DNA from: Coleofasciculus chthonoplastes F2-STO-03
GTDB lineage: Bacteria > Cyanobacteriota > Cyanobacteriia > Cyanobacteriales > Coleofasciculaceae
Assembly: GCA_040222015.1 (NCBI GenBank)
Contig: JAVJWO010000142.1
Span: forward strand, 1-49,530
DNA: 49,530 bases
Direction: 5' to 3'
Shown here: positions 29,101 to 37,217 of the stretch, one piece after another
Layout of the letters: each line of letters opens with the position of its first letter
Position numbering within the stretch: position 1 is the stretch's first letter
The notes under the pieces: model-generated
Seen by the model: only the letters and a program-made list of their open reading frames with translations
Told to the model about the DNA's origin: nothing
The model's database searches: none
Program-made: the position numbers and the translations under genes

Positions 29101-31247
29101 GAGATGTGACGATTAACGCCACGGAGTCCATTGAAATTATTGGCAATCAACCTGGTGCGTTTACTATTAAGCCGAGTGAATTGGCTCAAGTTGCCTTGCA
29201 AGGTGATACAGGAATCTCCACATTAGCGTTCGGTAGTGGGAACTCTGGCAATTTAACAATTAATACTGGGCGATTATCCATTCGCGACGGTGGCGGAATT
29301 ACTACCTTTGTGAGTCAGGGTGAAGGGGGAGATTTAACCGTCAATGCAACGGATATCTTTTTACAAGGAGAGGGCGGTATCGGTACGGGAACTTTGGGTG
29401 AAGATGCTGGGGATTTAACCCTAAATTCTGAGAATGTCTCTCTTACAGATGGAGCTGTGATTAGCACATCTACGGGGAGTGATGGCGATGCTGGGGACTT
29501 AACCTTAGATGTGCGTAACTTGAGCATTCGCAATGGTGCTGGCGTTCTCGGAAATACCGGAGGAGACGGCAATGGGGGACAATTAACAATTAAGAATGCT
29601 GAGTTGATTGAAGTGATTGGTCGGTCTGCGGATGGCAGTTTTCCTAGTTCTATCGCCACAGATTTATTTTCGCCGAATGAATCGGGCAATGCTGGCGATA
29701 TAGACATTACTAGCCAAGATTTGATTGTCCAACAAGGTGGAGAGATCACCTCAGCAACCCGTAGTTTCGGAGATGGGGGAAATATTCGACTGAATCTAGA
29801 GCGTCTGCAACTGAATAACAGTCGAATTAATGCCTCGACATCGGGTTCTGGAAATGGTGGGGATATTCGGATTCGCGCTTCCGAATCCCTTGAAGTCACG
29901 GGGGCAGGATTTGAGGCGTTGCAAGAGCAAATAGTACTTCCGGCGTTTGCCGATACACTCACCCTGGATAATTTTACTCAGGGAATTGTCACGGTTACGG
30001 ATGGAGAAGGAAGGGCGGGTAATGTCTTCATTGAAACTCCAAATTTTATCGCCCGTGATGGTGGATTGATTGCTACCACCACTCTCAATCAAGGTAGGGG
30101 GGGAAATATTCAGATTGACGCCACAAATCGGATCGAGTTAGATAATTCTCTGTTGGGTTCGGGAACCTTTGATCAAGCGGCATCAGGCAATGTTACCCTA
30201 ACCTCTCCTCGGCTTATAGCACGCGGGGGAGCGCAGGTATTAACCACTACATTTAATTCTGGACAAGCGGGTGATGTGGTTGTGAATGTGTCGGAATTAA
30301 TTGAACTGTCTGACCCCAATAATCAAGGAACTCTCATCGGCACAGGTTTATTTGCTTCCTCGACTGAAGCCGCATCTGGCGATGGAGGAGATATCAATAT
30401 TAATAGTCCCACGAGTGAATTAAACATTCGCGATCGCGCGGCGGTATCGGTAAGTGCTACAGGCACAGGCAATGCTGGGGATATCAATATTGACATCCGC
30501 TCTATTTTCTTAGATCAAGGGTCAATTTCAGCTACGAGTCTATCCGGAGAAGGGGGAAATATTAACCTGAAAGTAGCCGAGACTCTACTCTTACGCAATA
30601 ATAGTCAAATTTCCACCCGGGCTGGTACGGAATCCAGTGGCGGTGGCAATGGGGGAGATATGACCATTGATGCTAATTTTGTGGTAGCCGTGTTGTCAGA
30701 AAATAGTGATATCACGGCGAATGCATTTGAGGGGAATGGCGGCAATATTACCATTACCACCCAAACGATTTTGGGGTTACAAGTGAGCGAGATATTAACT
30801 CCAAACAGTGATATTATTGCCAGTTCGGAATTAGGAATTGATGGTCGAATTTTAATTAATACGCCCAATATTGACCCCTCAAGAGGGTTAATTGAACTGC
30901 CCTCAACTTTCTCTGATCCTTCCCAGCAAATCATTTCCGGCTGTCCGGCGGATACAGGCGATCGCTTTATCGCAACAGGACGCGGTGGAATTCCCCATTC
31001 TCCCAGTCAATACCTCTCTGGGCGGGCGATTTGGGAAGATACGCGACGGTTATCCAGCCAGATTTCTCCATCCTCAACTGCTGCGAATTCTCAGCGTCCT
31101 AAAATTGATACTCAACCTTTAATTGAAGCCCAAGGTTGGGTTGTTGATAAGGATGGTACAGTGATACTTACCGCTGAACCCTATCAAGGCAAACGAGTGA
31201 ATATTGGCATGGATTTTCGCACTTGTGGAAGTCAGCTAAACTTGTGA
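26154..31247 (+). CDS. Filamentous haemagglutinin-like TpsA exoprotein
   Basis: Signal peptide ending VQA; NLFHSFSEFN, NPNGI TPS motifs; many GxxGxIxI beta-helix repeats; cyanobacterial C-terminus TGRGG..EAQGW. Confidence 0.92.
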   Translation: MMGIITFLKQGRSLTFPLVWLTLFNPTVQAQLIPDSTLGTETSIVTPQGVRDLIEGGARGGSNLFHSFSEFNVNLDQQVYFANPDGITDILTRVTGNNVSNIWGTLGVDGNANLFLLNPNGIIFGADAQLDVAGSFVASTADGIQLGNDGMFRATNPQDSQLLAIQPGVLFLDALRQQQAEIRNQGNLRVGAGKTLTLAGDRVISTGSLMAPGGTIQVLGEDVQLLETAKVDVSSLTGGGHITIGQGEQVTIASGVQIQADSLHQGDGGNVIIRGNKTTQFQGTITARGASDNPQSNGGFVDVSGGYLEFTGIVDTTAPLGDVGALLLDPKNIWIQDDGIDSADGQTFDTNPTEVSIINGDTLVSTLATNSVTLQANNDIILNQSLFSGSSNSLTLQAGRSITIADNLLIFLNGGNFTAKINDENAIAAQRDAGVAQFLMNPGSILVTNGGNIEITSGTFADTSQINTAGNIIANSQNQAGDISLNAIGDVSINQNISSTGEIGGNITLNSQQGAIATTAALVSNSSNQAGDISVEAHGNISVNGNISSQGEIGGGNITLNSQQGAIATTAPLVSNGSNQAGDILLNASENLSVNRNIRSEGEIGGNITLNSENGAIATTAPLVSNGINQAGDISVEASENLDIEGNIDSSGEIAGGNIILKSENGAIATTASLLSEGSNQAGTISVDAAGTLTTMGNIIANSQNQAGDILLNAIGDVSVNRNISAMGEIGGNITLKSENGGITTTAALVTNSLNQGGDISVEAHENLSINQNIASRGEIGGNITLKSEKGTIATTAALVSDGSNQAGDISVDAAGNLNIMASIIANSQNQAGDILLNATGDLTIDLDPSLGENIASIGDFAGQITLNSGGLFWLRGNSINNSSTVPGIAKGITITAQSIRVEDGSIFSFAFNEAQGGIVQINAADDIVIRNSILATIAAPGSADAGDINLNTRRLTIIQDPAFTSGVGIASNTNPGNTGNAGDVTINATESIEIIGNQPGAFTIKPSELAQVALQGDTGISTLAFGSGNSGNLTINTGRLSIRDGGGITTFVSQGEGGDLTVNATDIFLQGEGGIGTGTLGEDAGDLTLNSENVSLTDGAVISTSTGSDGDAGDLTLDVRNLSIRNGAGVLGNTGGDGNGGQLTIKNAELIEVIGRSADGSFPSSIATDLFSPNESGNAGDIDITSQDLIVQQGGEITSATRSFGDGGNIRLNLERLQLNNSRINASTSGSGNGGDIRIRASESLEVTGAGFEALQEQIVLPAFADTLTLDNFTQGIVTVTDGEGRAGNVFIETPNFIARDGGLIATTTLNQGRGGNIQIDATNRIELDNSLLGSGTFDQAASGNVTLTSPRLIARGGAQVLTTTFNSGQAGDVVVNVSELIELSDPNNQGTLIGTGLFASSTEAASGDGGDININSPTSELNIRDRAAVSVSATGTGNAGDINIDIRSIFLDQGSISATSLSGEGGNINLKVAETLLLRNNSQISTRAGTESSGGGNGGDMTIDANFVVAVLSENSDITANAFEGNGGNITITTQTILGLQVSEILTPNSDIIASSELGIDGRILINTPNIDPSRGLIELPSTFSDPSQQIISGCPADTGDRFIATGRGGIPHSPSQYLSGRAIWEDTRRLSSQISPSSTAANSQRPKIDTQPLIEAQGWVVDKDGTVILTAEPYQGKRVNIGMDFRTCGSQLNL
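27561..28680 (+). repeat. Intragenic ~150 bp tandem repeats in the FHA gene
   Basis: Six ~50 aa NQAGDI..GEIGGNITL..GAIATTA units plus half units; near-identical DNA blocks at 27561, 28242 and 28622. Confidence 0.9.
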
Positions 31248-31376
31248 TGGGTGAAGTGTCACTGACAACAATCATCACCAATCCATTTCCTGCAAAGTTT
31301 TGAAATCTTCTTGAAATTCAGCGACATCGTAGTGAACACAAATAACTTAAGGTAAAGATCTCTTAGAGCGGGGGGT

Positions 31377-31437
31377 GTAGGGGCGGGTTTTACAGATAAC
31401 ATTTTGCACCAAACTGATAACTTGACTAAACCCGCCC
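31377..31437. repeat. REPIN-like element
   Basis: gtaggggcgggttttacag...ctaaacccgccc; close to the reverse complement of 37141-37204. Confidence 0.85.
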
Positions 31438-31562
31438 TTCTCCCATAGTCGGGGGAGCAGAAAACCCATAGCTTAAAATTAGAATGGGTAATGGTTATGG
31501 CTTAAGTTGACACGGATGACCGACGTGCGCCCAGATGACGTGCGCCCAGAAAACCCGTAAAA

Positions 31563-31754
31563 TTAGGGGCTAAAGCCCCTACTACAAACCCAATCTTTCA
31601 GTAGCAACAGATGTATAAAACTAGAAATCAAACTGATAGTAATGATTGTCACCGCCATTGTTTGCGGATCAGTGGCATTGACTCGTTGCATCACCAGCGG
31701 ATGTTCTCTCTGAAAAAGAGACAGATGATCCGTATCTAAAATATACCGAATCAA
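31563..31754 (-). pseudogene. vapC: VapC/PIN toxin, N-terminal fragment
   Basis: YILDTDHLSLFQR..HP..AVTIIT, then homology is lost and the ORF runs into a REP palindrome. Confidence 0.8.
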
Positions 31755-32131
31755 TGAACCTCCTCCTCAGCATCAAGTTGACGGTAATAGTCCTCCTGTT
31801 GGCGATCAAGTTCATGTCGATAGGCGGCGATATCGGCTAACACCGTCTCAAAGTCAGGATCATCTTTGAACATTCCCGCAAACTTCATCCAAGGATGCTC
31901 CAGTTTAGGTAAGTCTATCTCTAAAGCAACAATTTCTGTATTTTGCAAACGTGCTGTTAATAACTTACGCAGTTGCTCCAGTGCTTCTGCCTTAGTAGAA
32001 CCTCGTGCTTGGCAGTTTTGCCAACCTAACACAGTTGCGCTTACTTCACCTTCTACTTGATTTTCAATCAGCACCTCATAACGGTGTCTAGTTGAGGGAT
32101 TTTTGTCAATCCTTAAAGAATCGATATTCAT
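31751..32131 (-). CDS. HicB-like fold antitoxin
   Basis: YEVLIE..ATVLGW..ARGSTKAEAL; HPWMKFAGMFKDDPDF tail; ATGA-coupled to the PIN fragment. Confidence 0.8.
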   Translation of the reverse strand: MNIDSLRIDKNPSTRHRYEVLIENQVEGEVSATVLGWQNCQARGSTKAEALEQLRKLLTARLQNTEIVALEIDLPKLEHPWMKFAGMFKDDPDFETVLADIAAYRHELDRQQEDYYRQLDAEEEVH

Positions 32132-32313
32132 CGTACCTTTCCAGCCTAACCTATTGTATTCATACTCTTAACCCTATTTTACTCATATCCCTGCCAGCGG
32201 AAATTCTCATCTTAGCAAGTCTGTCAGTTTTTACAACAAAATCGCTTCACCTTCAGGATACAAGCTATAACCCAAGCCTGATTAAGACTCTAGCCATCAC
32301 GTCCACGCGATCG

Positions 32314-32427
32314 CTACCTCTCCAATTCCTCAACCGTCCAATCTGCCAATTCTAAACCTGGCACTCTACCAAAATCCCTTTGATGGCGCGTAACAACGAT
32401 CCCTTTCACCGAAAGAGCGATCACAGC
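32314..32427 (-). pseudogene. vapC: VapC/PIN toxin, C-terminal fragment (not in the ORF track)
   Basis: Manual translation gives AVIALSVKGIVVTRHQRDFGRVPGLELADWTVEELER*, preceded by an in-frame TGA. Confidence 0.8.
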
Positions 32428-32475
32428 TCAGGATAGATAAGGTACAATAAAAGCAGATTATAAAAAACTATAACT

Positions 32476-32865
32476 ATGGCTTCGGTATCCAATCAACCAA
32501 CAAATCAACCAACAAAAATTACCCGTACAGAACGAGGACTTGTCATCGCCGGAACTCGCATTACACTGTATCAATTCATGGACTATATTCATGGGGGGTA
32601 TCCGCGATCACTGATCCGACAGCATTTCCCCCAGATTACGGATGAAAAATTTGATGCAGCCATGTCTTACATTGAAGCCAATCGTGCTGAAGTCGAAGGC
32701 GAATATCAAACTGTTGTGAAAGATGACGAAGAGATTCGGCAGTACTGGGACGATCAAAATCGTGAATACTTCGCTCAAATTGCCAAACTGCCACCGCCAC
32801 CTGGTCGAGAAACAGCCTGGGCAAAACTTCAAGCCGCGAAAGCCAGACTTGAATCTAAGTCATGA
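32476..32865 (+). CDS. DUF433 family antitoxin
   Basis: RTERGLVIAGTRITLY..AAMSYIE. Confidence 0.9.
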   Translation: MASVSNQPTNQPTKITRTERGLVIAGTRITLYQFMDYIHGGYPRSLIRQHFPQITDEKFDAAMSYIEANRAEVEGEYQTVVKDDEEIRQYWDDQNREYFAQIAKLPPPPGRETAWAKLQAAKARLESKS

Positions 32866-33254
32866 ACTTTCTGATTGACCACAATATTAGAGGGCAGGCA
32901 CAGCTTTTATTGAATGTTATAGAAAATGAAGGTTGGCTTGATTTGGTGGCGATTCGTTTTGTCATGTTTGAAGAGATAGCTCTAGAAATTGATAGCAGCG
33001 ATAGAACGGTTTGGCGACTAGCACAAGCCAATCAGATGATTTTATTAACAGCGAATCGAAGCATGAAAGGCAAGGATTCATTAGAACAAGTGATGCGGGA
33101 AGAAAATACACCGGATTCCTTGCCTGTGGTTACGATTGGCAACGTGGATCGCGTGAGTGAATCTGAATATCGAGAGCGTTGCGTCAATCGACTGGTCGAG
33201 ATTGCCCTTTATGCAGAGAACTATAGGGGGACAAGACGAATTTTCATACCCTAA
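32862..33254 (+). CDS. DUF5615 family PIN-like toxin
   Basis: FLIDHN, SSDRTVW, ILLTANR; ATGA overlap with DUF433. Confidence 0.85.
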   Translation: MNFLIDHNIRGQAQLLLNVIENEGWLDLVAIRFVMFEEIALEIDSSDRTVWRLAQANQMILLTANRSMKGKDSLEQVMREENTPDSLPVVTIGNVDRVSESEYRERCVNRLVEIALYAENYRGTRRIFIP

Positions 33255-33514
33255 AGCTCTAGTTTGCGATCGCATCATCTCTGGAACCCCCATAGTAATG
33301 TGCGATCAGCTATTGCTAGAGGCAGGAATGATATCATGTCCAGTCAAACACCCCTGAATAAAAACGCCTGAAACCCTTATTTTTAAGGCATTGCAATTAT
33401 GGGCAATCGTCAGGACATGATATGATTGAGCGATCGCTAGATCCATGTTAAGACTTTAGCCATAAAGGTTTAAGGGTAACGAAACTTGCTCTGATTGAGG
33501 CACTTAAATTCAGG

Positions 33515-36124
33515 ATGGGATCTATGGGATGGTTGGGAAGACGTGCGAGGAAACGACTACTATTTTTAGGATTAGCCTGGTTAACCGTTGTGGCGATAAT
33601 CGCATCTCCTGTCGCCCTGGGAAATGCCTCAACTCTTCCTCAGTCGGATATCATACAACAGGAATCTCATCTGGCTCAATCTCTTGATCCAGTCAGCCGA
33701 TTCAGTCAAGGTAAAATTGACTATGATCGGGGACGCTTTGCTGATGCGGTACTGGCTTGGCAAGCATCGGAACAGATTTACCAACAAGCAGGCGATCGCA
33801 CTAACCAGGCACTCAGTTTAAATTATTTGTCCCTTGCCTATCAACATCTGGGACAGTGGGAACAGGCAAAGGCGGCGATTGAGGAAAGTCTAAACCTCCT
33901 AACCACTCCCACCGATCCTGCACTCTTGGCACAACTCTTAAATACTAAAGGCAGTCTGCAATTGGCAAGCGGACAATCGGAAGCTGCGTTGCCAACCTGG
34001 AAAGCCGCCGAGACAGCCTACTCCCAAGCTGATGATGTTATCGGTGTCTTAGGGTGTCAAATCAATCAGGCGCAAGCCTTGCAAAGCTTAGGAATGTTTC
34101 GGCGATCGCAACAAGTCTTAGAACGGGTGCAGCAAGCCCTCACGCTACAGCCAGATTCGCTAATTAAAGCCACCGGATTACGCAGTCTGGGGATGGTTTG
34201 GCAAGCGATTGGGGAATTAGACGAAGCACAAAACATCCTTAACCAGAGTTTAGCGATCGCACAAACCCTTAATTCCCCTGCCAATATCAGCGCGGCTTTC
34301 TTGAATCTGGGTAACACGGCACAAGCCTTGGCAGATATAGATGCTGCTATTACTTATTACCACAAAGCGGCAAAAACGGCAACCAATCCCTTAAACCAAC
34401 TCGAAGCCCAACTGAACCAATTTAAGTTACTGATTCGTCAACAGCAGTTTAATCAAGCACAAGACTTATTTGCCCCAATTCAGCATAATCTCTCGCAATT
34501 GTCTCCCAGTCGATATGCTATCTATGTTCAGGTGAATTGGGCAGAAAGTTTAATTGAACTCCTAGAAAACTCAGACGGGTATTCTCCAGAACTTATCAGA
34601 TCACAAAATATCGCCCAACTTCTCGCTAAAACCATTGCCCAAGCCAAAGCCTTAAACGATATCCGCGCTGAATCCTTAGCCCTAGGAACTCTGGGAAAAC
34701 TCTACAAAACCAACCAGCAATGGTTGGAATCTCAACACTTAATCCAAGAAGCATTGCTCTTTTCCCAAACGATTAATGCCAGAGATATTTCCTATCAATG
34801 GCAATGGCAACTCACTCAACTTTATCAGCAAACTGGAGACTTGAACGCCGCGATTACTGCCAATCAAGACGCCTTTGAACTGCTGCAATCCATCCGAGGG
34901 GATTTGGTGGCGATGAATCCCGATGTGCAGTTTTCATTTCAATCACAAATTGAACCGATTTACCGGAATTTAGTCCGTCTCTTATTACAACGTCCCTCAA
35001 CCGATAACCTCAAGCAAGCGCGTCAGGTGATTGAATCCCTCCAGTTAGCCGAACTAGAGAACTACTTTCGCGCCTCCTGCTTAAAGGCGAAAGCTGAGCA
35101 AATTGATACGGTGATTGAAGACAATGATACCCAAGCAGCGGTGATTTATCCAATTATTTTATCTGACCGGATTGCTGTGATTCTCTCCTTACCTGGACAA
35201 CCCTTAGAAACCTACAACACCAAGTTACCTCAAGCTGACATTGAAGAGACGGTGAATCAACTGCGACAGTCGATGAATATCGCCTACTCCAACCGCAAAC
35301 GGCTCACAGTGTCTCAAACTATTTATGACTGGTTAATTCGACCAATAGAAACTCAGTTAGCTCAACAGGATATTAAAACCTTAGTCTTTGTTCTCGATGG
35401 TGTGTTGCGGAATGTGCCAATGGCGGCGCTCCATGATGGTGAACAGTATTTAATTGAGAAATACAGTATCGCCTTAACGCCAGGGTTACAATTACTAGAA
35501 CCGCGATCGCTAACGCAACTCCATCTACGCTCTCTTACCGCCGGATTAAGTCAAGCGCGTCAGGGGTTTTCGGCATTACCGGCTGTGAAAGATGAAATTG
35601 AGCAAGTGAGTATCAATATTCCATCCACTGTTCTTTTAAATCAAGCCTTTACTAGCACTGCATTAGAGAACAAAATTAACACACTTCCGGTGAGTGTGGT
35701 TCACCTGGCTACTCATGGTCAATTTAGTTCTAACCCTGAAGATACCTTTATCCTCACCTGGGATAAACGGTTGAATGCCAATACCCTAGCTCAACTCCTC
35801 AAAGGTAAAAACCAAGACAATACTCCCCCGATTGAACTCCTGGTTCTCAGTGCTTGTCAAACCGCAAATGGCGATCAACGAGCGGCGTTAGGATTAGCAG
35901 GATTAGCCGTGCGATCGGGAACCCGTAGTACTATTGGTACGTTATGGTCAGTCAAAGATCAATCAACGGCTCAGGCGATGATCCAACTGTATAACAATTT
36001 AACTCAACCTGATATTAATCGCGCTGAAGCCTTGCGACAAGCTCAGTTATTTCTACTCCAACAAGATAAATACAAACATCCCTACTACTGGGCACCTTTT
36101 ATTTTAGTGGGGAATTGGCTTTAA
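33515..36124 (+). CDS. Exported TPR-repeat CHAT (caspase-like) domain protein
   Basis: Signal peptide; TPR helices; HLATHG and VLSACQTA catalytic His/Cys; HPYYWAPFILVGNWL C-terminus. Confidence 0.95.
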   Translation: MGSMGWLGRRARKRLLFLGLAWLTVVAIIASPVALGNASTLPQSDIIQQESHLAQSLDPVSRFSQGKIDYDRGRFADAVLAWQASEQIYQQAGDRTNQALSLNYLSLAYQHLGQWEQAKAAIEESLNLLTTPTDPALLAQLLNTKGSLQLASGQSEAALPTWKAAETAYSQADDVIGVLGCQINQAQALQSLGMFRRSQQVLERVQQALTLQPDSLIKATGLRSLGMVWQAIGELDEAQNILNQSLAIAQTLNSPANISAAFLNLGNTAQALADIDAAITYYHKAAKTATNPLNQLEAQLNQFKLLIRQQQFNQAQDLFAPIQHNLSQLSPSRYAIYVQVNWAESLIELLENSDGYSPELIRSQNIAQLLAKTIAQAKALNDIRAESLALGTLGKLYKTNQQWLESQHLIQEALLFSQTINARDISYQWQWQLTQLYQQTGDLNAAITANQDAFELLQSIRGDLVAMNPDVQFSFQSQIEPIYRNLVRLLLQRPSTDNLKQARQVIESLQLAELENYFRASCLKAKAEQIDTVIEDNDTQAAVIYPIILSDRIAVILSLPGQPLETYNTKLPQADIEETVNQLRQSMNIAYSNRKRLTVSQTIYDWLIRPIETQLAQQDIKTLVFVLDGVLRNVPMAALHDGEQYLIEKYSIALTPGLQLLEPRSLTQLHLRSLTAGLSQARQGFSALPAVKDEIEQVSINIPSTVLLNQAFTSTALENKINTLPVSVVHLATHGQFSSNPEDTFILTWDKRLNANTLAQLLKGKNQDNTPPIELLVLSACQTANGDQRAALGLAGLAVRSGTRSTIGTLWSVKDQSTAQAMIQLYNNLTQPDINRAEALRQAQLFLLQQDKYKHPYYWAPFILVGNWL

Positions 36125-36316
36125 GTCATTTGTCATTTGTCATTTGTCATTTGGTCGGGGCGGGTTTTGCAGCCAAGCTAGGGATAACAATCAATATTAG
36201 TCCCTAAACCCGCCCCTACAGACGATCCATGGCTCGTCTGGAACATGGCTTCCCCTGCTTCCCCTGCTCCCCCTGCTCCCCCTGCTCCCCCCGCTCCCCC
36301 ATCTCCCCCAGCCCCT
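36125..36316. repeat. Composite mosaic: STRR, REPIN-like element (36154-36219), degenerate palindrome, C-rich 9-mers
   Basis: Direct reading of the repeat units. Confidence 0.9.
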
Positions 36317-36514
36317 CTGTATTCTGCCTTTTAGTAGATGCTATTGTCGCTAAATGTTATAATACGACTTTCAGACAACTCCATAAATAGGGTGATAGCA
36401 ATTTGGGAATGTCTTGCTGAAAAAACAGTTAAATCTTCAGGCGGATAGAACTTCACTGAAACGACTCTATCTCTAAACTGTATCAATTTTAGACCCCTGT
36501 ACAAGGTTATACCC

Positions 36515-37102
36515 ATGAAACCCTGGCGATTTTTTAGTATTAAGTGGCTGAGTTGGCATTTCCCCTTATTTCTATTGTCGATCACGCTATCTTTAGAATT
36601 GGCGATTGTTCCTCGTCTGGTTGCCCAAACTCAAGCTGTGAAAAAGCCGAGTAATACTCAAGCACCTGTGCCACCTGGAGATGGCAGTCCCGATGATACA
36701 ACAGGAGCAGGAACTCGTGATGGCGGTCATTGTACAAACGATAATGCCACGGCAGATGAACCCGGATTTTCGGTTCTAGTGCCAGTTGAAAATAAAACGA
36801 TCGCGCAACGTCCTACCTTCTCACTGTACATCCCGAAAACGATAGCACAAAAGGTGTTTTTTAGTTTAAAGAATGCTGAGAACGAAGAACAGTATGATTA
36901 CCAGACTATCATGACATTACCAACAACAGCCACAGGGAGTGAGTTTAGCTTCCCTTTACCAGAGGATGCGCCTGATTTAAAAACAAATACGCCATATCAA
37001 TGGTCGATCAGCTTAATTTGTCAACAGTCTCTTGATCCCAATGACCCGACTTTACATGGCATAATTGAGCGCGTTGAATCTCAACAAATTACTGTAAATT
37101 AA
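36515..37102 (+). CDS. DUF928 domain protein (exported)
   Basis: Signal peptide; GAGTR..C, T.AQRPTF..YIP, YQW..S.IC, G.IERV; typical context next to CHAT. Confidence 0.9.
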   Translation: MKPWRFFSIKWLSWHFPLFLLSITLSLELAIVPRLVAQTQAVKKPSNTQAPVPPGDGSPDDTTGAGTRDGGHCTNDNATADEPGFSVLVPVENKTIAQRPTFSLYIPKTIAQKVFFSLKNAENEEQYDYQTIMTLPTTATGSEFSFPLPEDAPDLKTNTPYQWSISLICQQSLDPNDPTLHGIIERVESQQITVN

Positions 37103-37107
37103 GAGTA

Positions 37108-37204
37108 TTTGTCATTGGTCATTGGTCATTTGTTGTTGAGACGGGGCGGGTTTAGTTAAGTTATCGGTTTGTAGTAAAATGTTAGCTGTAAAACCCGCCC
37201 CTAC
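37108..37204. repeat. STRR heptamers plus REPIN-like element (37141-37204)
   Basis: Lies between convergent genes; the hairpin could also act as a terminator. Confidence 0.85.
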
Positions 37205-37217
37205 ACGCCTATTACCC

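Noticed and set aside
29315..29962. 215 aa antisense ORF and other shadow ORFs inside long genes (e.g. 7351-7740, 46306-46644)
   Set aside because: Fully overlap well-supported genes on the opposite strand and show no motifs
32092..32355. 87 aa plus-strand ORF
   Set aside because: Overlaps the antitoxin start and the antisense vapC fragment, and has no recognisable features
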